Counted from the stretch's first letter, positions 1 through 9,180 are shown. The stretch is DNA of 32,000 bases from Candidatus Saganbacteria bacterium (GCA_026387835.1 JAPLKZ010000011.1:54082-86081), one strand, 5' to 3'. A program made the numbers and translations. Notes: a model not told the origin generated them from the letters alone.

Positions 1-447
1 TGTGAGCGAGCTCGACATCATCATACTGCAGTAATTTCTAATATGGACAGCGGGTATGCCGCTGTATTTAGAAAACAAGGCTCCGGAAAATGCCACGTTC
101 GAGTCGCCATGCAATAAAATGATGTCCGTATCGGAGCCCGACAAAACCGAATTAAGATTTTTTAATGTCCCGCTGACCAATGATGCCTGAGATATTGCGC
201 GGCCGCCTAAATGAAAATCCCTGTCAAAATCTTTTATACCGAAAAGGCGCAAATATGATTCAATCCCGGTATCTGTACCGGAATTGATCAGGGTCATCTG
301 AAACATCCCGGGATTCTTTCTTGCGGCCGCAATTACCGGTCCGAGGCCGATCACATCCCGCCTTGACCCCATGACCGCGCTGATCCTTATCGGTCTAGGA
401 GCGACAAGGCTGACCGGCAGATTTTTCGATGCAAAATGTGTTCCCAT
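1..447 (-). CDS. UDP-N-acetylglucosamine 2-epimerase family (WecB/MnaA-like), 5' part only; gene runs off the left edge
   Basis: Absent from the ORF track because it is truncated. The reverse strand from ATG (447-445) is open to base 1 (149 codons): MGTHFASKNLPVSLVAPRPIRISAVMGSRRDVIGLGPVIAAARKNPGMFQMTLINSG...DTDIILLHGDSNVAFSGALFSKYSGIPAVHIRN. The motif order (Rossmann-like start, HGD[ST], IP[VI]xH[IV]) matches non-hydrolysing 2-epimerases as I remember them. Confidence 0.65.
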   Translation of the reverse strand, partial: MGTHFASKNLPVSLVAPRPIRISAVMGSRRDVIGLGPVIAAARKNPGMFQMTLINSGTDTGIESYLRLFGIKDFDRDFHLGGRAISQASLVSGTLKNLNSVLSGSDTDIILLHGDSNVAFSGALFSKYSGIPAVHIRNYCSMMMSSSLT

Positions 448-539
448 ATTTAATTCGCGCTTCCATTAGTTTATCGTCACATTTACCACGAAATTTCACT
501 TATTATTAATATATTTAAAATCGACGGCAAATATGAGAA

Positions 540-555
540 GCCGATATTTTTCGGC
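540..555 (-). terminator. Weak candidate hairpin downstream of the GT2 gene
   Basis: GCCGA-tatttt-TCGGC, a 5-bp stem. On the minus strand it is followed by ttctcatattt. The stem is short and the U-tract poor. Confidence 0.2.
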
Positions 556-599
556 GGAATTTTACGGCAGAGGACAATTTGCGCTAAACATATTTATTT

Positions 600-1445
600 T
601 TACCGCCTATTACTTGCTTTTTTCAAACCTTTATGTTGTTTTACTGTTGTTAAGATGCTCATCAGCATTTTATAGCCGTCATTCAACGGATTTACTTTTG
701 AGTGTATATCGTTATCCCATGATACCGGCGATTCCGTGATCTTAAATCCCAGCTTGTGAGCGATATAAAGGACCTCGACATCAAACCCCCAGCCGTTCAC
801 GGTCTGCCGCGCGAAAACTTCTTTTACTGCCAGCCGAGTTAAACATTTGAAACCGCATTGCGTGTCGCGGATGTTGAGCCCGGTCGCAAATATCGCGGTC
901 TCACTGAAAAGCCAGTCTAAAAGTTCCCTGTAAAAAGGCTGGTGACGTAAAATGTTTGACTGCGGCAGCATCCTTGAACCGATCACGATGTCGGACCCGG
1001 CATCAAAACACGGGATAAAATTTTGCATCTCGCCTATCTTGGTCGCATTGTCCGCGTCCATGAAAAGCGCAAGATCGCTTTTTGTCCGGAGCATGCCCTC
1101 CCTGACAGAAAATCCCTTCCCCATATTGGACCTGGGCCCCGTGATCTGCACGCGGCCGCTTCCCGCGAAGGAAGAGACGATGTCGGATGTCCTGTCAGTG
1201 CTGCCGTCGTCGACTACCAATATATCGGCAATGCTTAACCCCGCGCATGAAAAGCCGAGGATACTTTCGATGGTCGGGCCTATACGTTTTGCCTCGTTGA
1301 ATGCCGGGATAACGACAGAGAGAGAAAATGACCTGTCCATCGGCTTTGCCACTGCAGGTCCGGGAATTTGCGCAGGACGAAATCCGGTCAATGCCGACCT
1401 TATGCGAACAGACAGATGTTTTTCGCTATTTACCGATAATCCCAT
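600..1445 (-). CDS. Family-2 glycosyltransferase, polyprenol/dolichol-phosphate hexosyltransferase-like
   Basis: 281-aa ORF with GT2 motifs VVIPAFNEAKRI, VVDDGSTDRT and FMDADNAT (the DxD region). An internal ATG at 1340 (MDRSFSLSVVIPAFNE) is a plausible alternative start. Confidence 0.85.
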   Translation of the reverse strand: MGLSVNSEKHLSVRIRSALTGFRPAQIPGPAVAKPMDRSFSLSVVIPAFNEAKRIGPTIESILGFSCAGLSIADILVVDDGSTDRTSDIVSSFAGSGRVQITGPRSNMGKGFSVREGMLRTKSDLALFMDADNATKIGEMQNFIPCFDAGSDIVIGSRMLPQSNILRHQPFYRELLDWLFSETAIFATGLNIRDTQCGFKCLTRLAVKEVFARQTVNGWGFDVEVLYIAHKLGFKITESPVSWDNDIHSKVNPLNDGYKMLMSILTTVKQHKGLKKASNRR

Positions 1446-1564
1446 ATTAATATCTTTACAAACAACAGCTCGGGCTTCCCATGCTTATTGCTTGTTCCCA
1501 TCTGCATAGTTGTCGCCGGTATTTTAAGGAAATTTCACCCATTTTGCTAAGGCGTTATAGTAAA

Positions 1565-3760
1565 ATGTCATTAATGAGACCGATCGACCTCAATGGTCAG
1601 TGGCAGTTCATAAAAGACCCGAAAGACATCGGCGAGAGTGAAGGTTATTTCAGGTCCCCGCAAAAATTCAAAAAAGCCAAAAAGATCAGTGTCCCGTCAA
1701 ACTGGGAGACCGCTGGGATAGAAAACTACAGCGGGACTGTGTGGTTTTACAGAGAAATCGATAAGGTGGATATTTCTGATGATGAAGACGCGATCCTCCA
1801 TTTCATGGGAGCGGACTATTTTTGTAAAGTCTGGCTGAACGGAGAATATTTAGGGGAACACGAAGGATATTTTCAGCCGTTTGAATTCGATGTTGCGGAC
1901 AAGGCCGGCAAAAAAACCAAAAACATTCTGATCGTAAAAGTATCTTCGCCTGCGGAAAAGACAGGAAAGGACGATTGGCCGCACAAAAAAAAACTTATCA
2001 AGGGAGTATTTGGCCATCACGATGTCAGGCCAGGGGCCTGGTCTGAAAAGCTTGGGCAGTCCCATGGTACCGGAGGTATATGGAACGATGTCTCTATTTC
2101 AATACTTCCGAAGGTAAGGATCTCAGGAATAAAAGTCAGTCCGGTACTTAAAGATAATTATAAAACTGCCGAATTAGACGTTGAAATATTTATTGAAAAT
2201 AAGTCAAATAACGATATTTCTGCAAAGGTTGAGTTAGAAATATCCTACTGGCTTTTGACGTCCGACAAACAGCCTTCGCCCGTAAAAAAAATTGAACTGG
2301 ACGCCGCCGTACTGCCGGGTGTAAATGTCTGCAAGACAAAAATTGAGATAAGAAATCCGTTCTTATGGTGGCCGTGGGACCACGGCGAGCAGAACCTGTA
2401 TGTAATGAACGCAAAACTGTTTGTCCCGTCCGCCGGACAGCCGGTATCGGAGGCCGTCCAGAGGTTCGGGATCAGGGAAATAAAGATATCGGAAAAAGAT
2501 AAAGGATGGATACTCAACGGCAGAAAAATATTTATCAGGGGATCGAACATCATCCCCGAGGAATATCTTTCTACTTATACGGCTGAACGCATAAAAAAGG
2601 ATGTCGGGATCATCAAGGACGCGAACTGCAATGCGGTAAGGGTCCATGCTCATATAAACAGGAAGGAATTATATGACGCGCTTGACGAGGCCGGAATAAT
2701 GGTATGGCAGGATTTTCCGCTCCAGTGGGAATACGTGGACACCCGGGAATTCATCGAAGAAGCGTGCAGGCAGATAAAAGACATGGTAAATCTTCTTCAC
2801 AATAATCCGTGTGTCATGCTCTGGTGCTGCCACAATGAACCGGTCGTCACGGGAAAGGCCATCGATTCCGCCCTGTATCAGGCCGTGAAAGAAGAAGACC
2901 GGACAAGAATAACAATAAAGGCGTCCGATTTTCACGAGCACCCGTATCCCGGATGGTTCTGGGGGCACTACCGGTATTATTTCGCTCTTCCCGGCAAGCC
3001 TTTCCCGACGGAATTCGGCGCGCAGGCGCTGCCCGGGATCGATACATTAAAAAAAATGTTCGAAAAAAAGGATCTCTGGCCGCCAAAATGGGGCATATGG
3101 GCGTACAGGGATTTTGTCTACGAGCAGACGTTCCATATCGCCGGCGTCAGACGCGGTAAAAGCATAAATGAATTCATAAAAAACAGCCAGGCTTACCAGT
3201 CCGGCCTGATAAAATACGCGGTCGAAAGATACCGCCAGCACAAAGGAAGCGAGATATCCGGAATGTTCCATTTCATGCTGCTCGAGCCGTGGCCGGCCGT
3301 CTCATACTCAGTGACGGACTATTTCAGGAACCCCAAAAAAGGTTTTTTCACTCTTAAGACATGTTTCCAGCCGGTGCTTGTCATCGCGTCGCTCCAGAGG
3401 AGGACTTTCGGGCCGGGGAACAGGATCGAAGGCCAGTTCTGGGTCGTGAACGACTATTTCAGGGATTTTTACGGCGCAAAGCTGGCGATCTCCGTCAAAA
3501 GAGGCGGTAAGGTATTAATAAGATATAGTAATGTAATGATAGATATCGAAAGGGACACTTGCAAGGAGATAACAAATATTGTATATTCAAATACAAAAGG
3601 ACTGGAACTGCCTTCATCCGCCAAAGAAGGTCCGTGCGAAATGGTGATGGAGGTTTATGATGCTTTTGGCGCTTTTCTCTCGGCCAATACGGAAGAGCTG
3701 ATCCTGGAAAAAATCCCAAAAGAGATTAAACAGTTCAACGCAGAATTTATATGGGAGTGA
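1565..3760 (+). CDS. Glycoside hydrolase family 2, beta-mannosidase-like
   Basis: The ORF is open from 1481. I prefer ATG 1565 (MSLMRPIDLNGQWQF) or 1574, because the first 28 codons (MLIACSHLHSCRRYFK...) look non-native. GH2 sugar-binding block: WETAGIENYSGTVWFYREI...HFMGADYFCKVWLNGEYLGEHEGYFQPFEFDV. Candidate acid/base residue in MLWCCHNEP and nucleophile in PFPTEFGAQALP, resembling the SEFG.QS.P motif of beta-mannosidases. Confidence 0.8.
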   Translation: MSLMRPIDLNGQWQFIKDPKDIGESEGYFRSPQKFKKAKKISVPSNWETAGIENYSGTVWFYREIDKVDISDDEDAILHFMGADYFCKVWLNGEYLGEHEGYFQPFEFDVADKAGKKTKNILIVKVSSPAEKTGKDDWPHKKKLIKGVFGHHDVRPGAWSEKLGQSHGTGGIWNDVSISILPKVRISGIKVSPVLKDNYKTAELDVEIFIENKSNNDISAKVELEISYWLLTSDKQPSPVKKIELDAAVLPGVNVCKTKIEIRNPFLWWPWDHGEQNLYVMNAKLFVPSAGQPVSEAVQRFGIREIKISEKDKGWILNGRKIFIRGSNIIPEEYLSTYTAERIKKDVGIIKDANCNAVRVHAHINRKELYDALDEAGIMVWQDFPLQWEYVDTREFIEEACRQIKDMVNLLHNNPCVMLWCCHNEPVVTGKAIDSALYQAVKEEDRTRITIKASDFHEHPYPGWFWGHYRYYFALPGKPFPTEFGAQALPGIDTLKKMFEKKDLWPPKWGIWAYRDFVYEQTFHIAGVRRGKSINEFIKNSQAYQSGLIKYAVERYRQHKGSEISGMFHFMLLEPWPAVSYSVTDYFRNPKKGFFTLKTCFQPVLVIASLQRRTFGPGNRIEGQFWVVNDYFRDFYGAKLAISVKRGGKVLIRYSNVMIDIERDTCKEITNIVYSNTKGLELPSSAKEGPCEMVMEVYDAFGAFLSANTEELILEKIPKEIKQFNAEFIWE

Positions 3761-3764
3761 TTTT

Positions 3765-4700
3765 GTGCAAAAAAATCTCTGGTCGCAGATAGTTAAGTAC
3801 AGGTTCGCCTATTATTTTATTCTGCCGACTTTCATAGGGATGCTGTTCCTTCACATATTTCCGATATTCCAGGCGATCTACATGTCTTTTCTGAGGCTCA
3901 ATCAATTCACTTTAAGCCAGTACCTTATGGCGCCTTTCGTGGGCCTTGAGAACTATTATGAGATCATCGTGAACGCGAACAGCCCGATACGCATCGGACT
4001 GCTGGAAGCGATCAGGAATACGGTGATCTATACGGTCCTGGTCACCATCGGCACCATAGCGGTCGGCATGGTGGTCGCTCTTATGGTGAACAGAAAGTTC
4101 AGAGGAAAAAACATAGTAAGGGCGCTGTTCCTTTTCCCGTGGGTCGTTCCGACATACGTGACCGGCCTTCTGTGGGGGTTCATGTGGCAGAAGGAGATCG
4201 GCGTGATAAACATACTGCTTGTAGACTGGCTCCATCTTTTGCCTTCCAAGCCGTTCTGGCTTCTCGGCCCCAACACTTTGTGGGCGATAATAATACCGAC
4301 GATCTGGCGTTACTGGCCGCTTTCCATGCTCATGCTTCTTGCCGGGATGCAGTCGATACCGGACGAGCTTTACGAAGCGGCGGAGATCGACGGAGCGTCA
4401 GCCTGGAAAAAATTCTGGACGATCACTTTTCCGATGCTGAAACCGGTCTGGGCGATATTGATACTTTTCGGTCTTATATACAACACTTATTCTTTCAATA
4501 TCGTGATAATGATGTTCGGGTTCGGCGCCGGATACCCCGGCGAGTGGGGAGACCTTATGATGACGAACATATTCAGGAATACGTTCCAGCAATGGGCTTT
4601 CGGTGTGGGCGCGGCAGCTTCCGTGCTTTTGATGTTCTTTATGATAATAATCGTCAATTTCTGGTTCAGGTTCTATAAAAAATCAGAGGAAATGATGTAA
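3765..4700 (+). CDS. ABC sugar transporter permease, MalF/UgpA type
   Basis: 311 aa with a GTG start 4 nt after the GH2 stop and an SD-like gggag upstream. Six predicted hydrophobic spans. EAA loop: EAAEIDGASAWKKFWTITFPMLKP. Confidence 0.9.
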   Translation: MQKNLWSQIVKYRFAYYFILPTFIGMLFLHIFPIFQAIYMSFLRLNQFTLSQYLMAPFVGLENYYEIIVNANSPIRIGLLEAIRNTVIYTVLVTIGTIAVGMVVALMVNRKFRGKNIVRALFLFPWVVPTYVTGLLWGFMWQKEIGVINILLVDWLHLLPSKPFWLLGPNTLWAIIIPTIWRYWPLSMLMLLAGMQSIPDELYEAAEIDGASAWKKFWTITFPMLKPVWAILILFGLIYNTYSFNIVIMMFGFGAGYPGEWGDLMMTNIFRNTFQQWAFGVGAAASVLLMFFMIIIVNFWFRFYKKSEEMM

Positions 4701-4701
4701 A

Positions 4702-6507
4702 ATGTTCAACTTGCCTTATTACATGAGGCAGCGCATAACAAAAAGAGCTACTGACGTAGTGATGGTAGTCTTTCTGATTATTACCCTTTTTCCTATTTTC
4801 TGGATGGTTTTTTCTTCTTTTAAAAGCAATACCGAGATTCTGCTGGGAAAGATCCCTTTCGGCAGGGCGAGCAACGACGCGGTCTACATGGAACAGAGAG
4901 GGAAAAGCCTCTTTGTGCTCACAGCCGACGGCGGGCTGAATAAATTTGATATCAGCACAAATGAGCTGATAAAACGCGGGTCCATAAAGTCGATGGCCAC
5001 GAGCTATATTACGGATGATGTTAATATCTGGGCCGGCTCTTCCGACAAAGGGCTTGTCCAAATTTCCATGGATGACCTTTCAAAAAAGAGACGTTTTGAT
5101 GCCGATGTCGAAGGGAAAGATATATCAAAAATTGTATCGACATTTCTGCTGCAGGATGAGAATACGATCTATATGGGTTTTCAGCAAAAGGGGGTCGAAA
5201 AACTTTACAAATTTGACAAGCCGACAAGGACTTTTTCCGGTACTATTTCTTTCGGCGGGCCTCTCTCCCCGTGCCAGGCGGCTTCGGCGGTGCTCTTCGG
5301 GGGACAGATATGGATAGGCACGAACAAGGGGCTGATAGTCTGCGACAAAAAGACCGGACAGTCCGTAAAGACCTATAACGGCAACGATCTTGGTATCCCT
5401 CCCGTTGACATCAAAAAAATGGTCCTTTTCAAGGATGAAATACTGCTTTCAACATCTTCGGGGATATTCGGTTTTTCTCCGTCGGCCGGAAAGGTCATAA
5501 AGATATACAACCAAGCATCCGGACTTCTGTCGGACAGGGCCAATAACATTCTTACCGACGGGAACAGGATATTTGCAGGGCTCAACAACGGGCTTTCTAT
5601 AATAGACACTTCTACCGGGAACATTAAAAATATTGAAAGCTTGTTCGTCCCGGTGCAAGGCTCAAACGAAAAAGGTTTCGTGCACGGAGATGTGTTCGGG
5701 ATGGCAAAAACTGAAAAAGGCATCATGCTCGGGTCAAGCGGCGGAAGGATAAGTTTTCTTGGCGCGAACAACGCGCCGTCGCAGACGTTAAAAGCGGGAG
5801 AAGGGCATATCCTTATAAGGTGGAGAAATTATATAGACCTGTGGAAGAATATAAATTTCGCTCTTTATCTCAAGAACTCCATCATAATATGCGGGATAAC
5901 GATGCTGCTCGCGATGATATTCGCGACTCTCGCGGCTTACTCGCTCGCGAGGTTCGATTTCCCCGGGAACAAATTCTTCAGCATCGGGGTCCTGGCCACC
6001 CAGATGATACCGGCGATAATGTATCTCATCCCGATCTATATAATGTTCACAAAATTCACACAATGGACGGGGGTGCCCATGAAAGGGACGTACATGGGCC
6101 TGATAATGATATACAGCGCCTTCTTTATCCCGTTCTCGATATGGATACTGAGAGGATTTTTCGCGGCAATACCAGTCGAACTGGAAGAAGCGGCGCGTAT
6201 CGACGGGGCTTCGCCTTTGCAGGTATTCTGGTATATTGTTCTTCCGCTTGCGGTACCCGGGATAATCGCGACCGGCATATATGTCTTTCTGACGGCTTGG
6301 GACGAGCTGATGTTCGCCTGGGTATTATGCAATGCCGACACCATGACGATACCGGTAGGCATAAGATTGTTCGTCGGTAATTACCAGAACAGGTTCGACC
6401 TTATGATGGCGGCGGCAACGGTCGCGACGATACCCGTGATGGTGCTGTTCTTCATGCTGCAGAAACATATAGTCAAAGGCCTGACGGCAGGCGCAGTTAA
6501 AGGATAA
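4702..6507 (+). CDS. ABC sugar transporter permease, MalG/UgpE type, with a ~315-aa periplasmic propeller-like insertion after TM1
   Basis: 601 aa, starting 1 nt after the upstream stop with an SD gagga. N-terminus: VVMVVFLIITLFPIFWMVFSSFK. Core: RNYIDLW...AAYSLARFDFPG. EAA loop: EAARIDGASPLQVFWYIVLPLAVPG. Residues ~55-370 form seven repeats of the type IWIGTNKGLIVCD. Confidence 0.85.
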   Translation: MFNLPYYMRQRITKRATDVVMVVFLIITLFPIFWMVFSSFKSNTEILLGKIPFGRASNDAVYMEQRGKSLFVLTADGGLNKFDISTNELIKRGSIKSMATSYITDDVNIWAGSSDKGLVQISMDDLSKKRRFDADVEGKDISKIVSTFLLQDENTIYMGFQQKGVEKLYKFDKPTRTFSGTISFGGPLSPCQAASAVLFGGQIWIGTNKGLIVCDKKTGQSVKTYNGNDLGIPPVDIKKMVLFKDEILLSTSSGIFGFSPSAGKVIKIYNQASGLLSDRANNILTDGNRIFAGLNNGLSIIDTSTGNIKNIESLFVPVQGSNEKGFVHGDVFGMAKTEKGIMLGSSGGRISFLGANNAPSQTLKAGEGHILIRWRNYIDLWKNINFALYLKNSIIICGITMLLAMIFATLAAYSLARFDFPGNKFFSIGVLATQMIPAIMYLIPIYIMFTKFTQWTGVPMKGTYMGLIMIYSAFFIPFSIWILRGFFAAIPVELEEAARIDGASPLQVFWYIVLPLAVPGIIATGIYVFLTAWDELMFAWVLCNADTMTIPVGIRLFVGNYQNRFDLMMAAATVATIPVMVLFFMLQKHIVKGLTAGAVKG

Positions 6508-6533
6508 AAGATCAGGGCGCAAATAGAAAGGGG

Positions 6534-8180
6534 ATGATGATGAAGAAATCAGTTCTTGTTTTCATGTCCGCAATTATCTTGTGCGGGGCCGTTTCGGTGG
6601 CCTTGGCACAGGATAAGGTCAGCGCAGCCGTTAATCAGGCGTGTTATTTTGGAATATTCAGGCAAGGTGCTCCCGGAAATATGGGCCTCATAAACAGCCT
6701 TGAAAAAAAGACAGGGAAAAAATTTTCGGTCATCATGTGGTACCAGGATTGGAGCACGACTTTTAATAAAAGCCTCTGCGACAAGGTAGTCAGGAAAGGT
6801 GCAGTGCCGCACATCGTCTGGGAGCCCTGGCTGTGGTCTGACAAAGAAAAGATCAAACTCGGCAATATTTTGGCGGGTGAGTGGGACTCGCATATCAGGC
6901 AGTACGCGCAGGATGTGAGAAACTGGGGAAAACCGATCTTTATCAGATGGGGGCATGAGTTCAATATCGAAGGATATCCGTGGTGTGTCGTCAACAACGG
7001 CAAAGACCCGAAAAAATATGTTGATGCTTTCAGGCACGTGAAAAACATTTTTAATGAAGAAGGCGCCGACAATGCGATGTTCGTCTGGTGCCCGATGAGG
7101 GAATCGTGGCCGCAGGAAAAATGGAATGATATGGAGCTTGCTTATCCCGGGGACGAATATGTCGACTGGATCGGCATAGACGGCTATAACTGGGGCGTCA
7201 CCCAGCCGTGGAGCCAGTGGCAGAGCTTCAAGGAGCTTTTCAGGGATGTCTCAAGGAGCCTCTGGAGGGCGCACCCGACAAAACCGATAATGATAGCCGA
7301 GTTCGCGAGCGCCGACCTGGGCGACGACAAAGCCGGATGGATACTTGATATGAACGAAGAGCTGAAAAAGATGCCCTACATAAAGGCCATTAACTGGTTT
7401 GACGAAAAAAAAGAGGCTGACTGGAGGATCGAAAGCACGCCCAAAACTCTGGCAGCTTTTAAAACTCTGATTAAAGACCCGTATTTTACAGCTTCATCAG
7501 CTGGGATCGCGGATATTAAACAGGCTTTTAAATTCGGGATAGAAAAGAAAAAAGCTGTTGCAAGGTATGCCTCAACATCCGTTAAGATCGATGCGGATAT
7601 ATCTGACTGGATGACCGATTCATTTATGACGATAGATCAGGAATCCCAAATCCAGGAAGGTGCAAATCTATGGAAAAGTCCTTCAGACCTCAGTGCAAAG
7701 GTCTATTTAAAGTGGGACAACGATAACCTTTATATTGCTGCAGATGTTACTGACAAAAACCCGTTGATCAATTCAAAGAAGGGAAAGAATATCTGGAACG
7801 GCGATGCAATAGAAATTTGCCTCGGACTTGATAATTATGAAAGATCAAAACTAGGGGACAAAGATTTTCAGATTGGTTTCAGCAGCGGTAACGGTAAACT
7901 AGTCAGGCCATCAGTATGGATATGGACCAATTCACTTGCACCAGAAAATGCGGATATTGCAGTAGTGAAGACAATCGGCAAAAACGGTTATATACTTGAG
8001 GCAAAATTGCCGTGGGCTGCCATGGGCAGTTTCAGGCCTTCAAACGGTCAGAAGATTGGATTTGACTGTGCTATAGACAGTGCCAGCTTACGCGACAGGG
8101 ACCTTCAGATGGTATGGAACGGGGATTATTATTTCTACAAGGACCCAGGGGTCTGGGGCGAACTGGAATTTGCCAAATAA
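6534..8180 (+). CDS. Secreted GH26-like glycanase (beta-mannanase-like) with a C-terminal CBM9-like domain
   Basis: Signal peptide MMMKKSVLVFMSAIILCGAVSVALA. GH26-type blocks: IFIRWGHEFNIEGYPW (acid/base Glu), YPGDEYVDWIGIDGYNWG and KPIMIAEFAS (nucleophile Glu). C-terminal pattern typical of CBM9-like modules: IDADISDW...VYLKWDNDNLYIAADVTDKNP...WNGDAIEI...GYILEAKLPW...GQKIGFDCAIDSA. Confidence 0.8.
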   Translation: MMMKKSVLVFMSAIILCGAVSVALAQDKVSAAVNQACYFGIFRQGAPGNMGLINSLEKKTGKKFSVIMWYQDWSTTFNKSLCDKVVRKGAVPHIVWEPWLWSDKEKIKLGNILAGEWDSHIRQYAQDVRNWGKPIFIRWGHEFNIEGYPWCVVNNGKDPKKYVDAFRHVKNIFNEEGADNAMFVWCPMRESWPQEKWNDMELAYPGDEYVDWIGIDGYNWGVTQPWSQWQSFKELFRDVSRSLWRAHPTKPIMIAEFASADLGDDKAGWILDMNEELKKMPYIKAINWFDEKKEADWRIESTPKTLAAFKTLIKDPYFTASSAGIADIKQAFKFGIEKKKAVARYASTSVKIDADISDWMTDSFMTIDQESQIQEGANLWKSPSDLSAKVYLKWDNDNLYIAADVTDKNPLINSKKGKNIWNGDAIEICLGLDNYERSKLGDKDFQIGFSSGNGKLVRPSVWIWTNSLAPENADIAVVKTIGKNGYILEAKLPWAAMGSFRPSNGQKIGFDCAIDSASLRDRDLQMVWNGDYYFYKDPGVWGELEFAK

Positions 8181-9180
8181 CAGATCATTCAGTGTCCTTA
8201 TAATACTGGCCGCATCATTATTTTTGGCCGTACATTCGGGATGCGAGAAATACTCTTCGTCTTCAGATAAGGTCTATGGAAAGATAGCTGCCGACCCTTC
8301 AGGTTGTTATATCGGCGCTTTTGTCACCGGCACCACAAACATCTCCGGTTACGAGAGCGATATCGGGACAAAGCTTGCCTGTGTCATGTGGTACATCAAT
8401 TTTACCCAGGATTTTCCAAAGACGGACTGCGACAGTGTTATTGCCAACGGGAGCATTCCCTGTATAACCTGGGAGCCGTGGAAAGGCGTTATACCGGATG
8501 AAAGCTATTCATTGCAGAACATAATTGACGGGGACTTCGATACTTATATAAATTCATGGGCGGTTTCAGCCAAAAATTTTAAGTACCCGATCTTTGTAAG
8601 GTTCGCGCACGAGATGAACGGGAACTGGTATCCCTGGGACGGATCGCACAACGGAGGATCGTCAGGCGGACCGGCAAAATATATAAGCGCCTGGAGACAT
8701 GTCTATACAATATTCCGTGATGCGGGGGCTGAAAATGTCACGTGGGTGTGGGACGTGAATGCTGACAGCGTGCCGGCGGATGACTGGAACAAGGCCGAGA
8801 ATTATTATCCGGGGGACGCTTATGTCGACTGGATCAGCGTTGACGGCTACAACTGGGGGACTTCATCAGCCGGCACCTCATGGCAGGATTTTGATTCGAT
8901 ATTTCTTTCCGCTTATAATACATTATATGAAGACCATTCCGGAAAGCCTATAATGATCGGGGAAACGGCATCCACCGAAGACGGGGGCAGCAAATCCGAC
9001 TGGATAAAGGACGCTTTTGATAAATTGAGGACGAAATATGCCGGCATCAAATTATTCAACTGGTTCAATATCGATAAAGAAACGGACTGGAGGATACAAT
9101 CGAGCGCTTCGGCAAAACAGGCGATGAAAGATGCGATGACAGGGTCTAAATATTTTATAAGCAAAATTCCGCTGAATTAA
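8170..9180 (+). CDS. Second GH26-like glycanase, catalytic domain only, possible lipoprotein
   Basis: Paralogous blocks: IFVRFAHEMNGNWYPW, YPGDAYVDWISVDGYNWG and KPIMIGETAS. The track start (ATG 8080) would overlap the upstream gene by 101 nt. TTG at 8170 gives MPNNRSFSVLIILAASLFLAVHSGC, a signal peptide with a Cys, and overlaps the upstream stop by 11 nt. The start is uncertain. Confidence 0.75.
   Translation: MPNNRSFSVLIILAASLFLAVHSGCEKYSSSSDKVYGKIAADPSGCYIGAFVTGTTNISGYESDIGTKLACVMWYINFTQDFPKTDCDSVIANGSIPCITWEPWKGVIPDESYSLQNIIDGDFDTYINSWAVSAKNFKYPIFVRFAHEMNGNWYPWDGSHNGGSSGGPAKYISAWRHVYTIFRDAGAENVTWVWDVNADSVPADDWNKAENYYPGDAYVDWISVDGYNWGTSSAGTSWQDFDSIFLSAYNTLYEDHSGKPIMIGETASTEDGGSKSDWIKDAFDKLRTKYAGIKLFNWFNIDKETDWRIQSSASAKQAMKDAMTGSKYFISKIPLN

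Noticed and set aside
533-739. 68-aa plus-strand ORF spanning the wecB-GT2 intergenic region
   Set aside because: It overlaps the 3' end of the GT2 gene on the opposite strand. The peptide is low-complexity and hydrophobic, there is no RBS, and the region is AT-rich intergenic sequence.
952-1509. 185-aa plus-strand ORF (and the 71-aa ORF at 1023-1238) antisense to the GT2 gene
   Set aside because: It lies entirely within or opposite a gene with clear GT2 motifs. The product has no recognisable motifs and a Ser/Pro/Ala-rich mirror-frame composition. It is a typical shadow ORF.
1481-1564. Upstream ATG (1481) as the start of the GH2 gene
   Set aside because: It adds 28 residues (MLIACSHLHSCRRYFKEISPILLRRYSK) unlike any GH2 N-terminus or signal peptide, and it would leave only 35 nt to the divergent GT2 start. 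ATG 1565 or 1574 precedes the conserved DLNGQWQF block directly.
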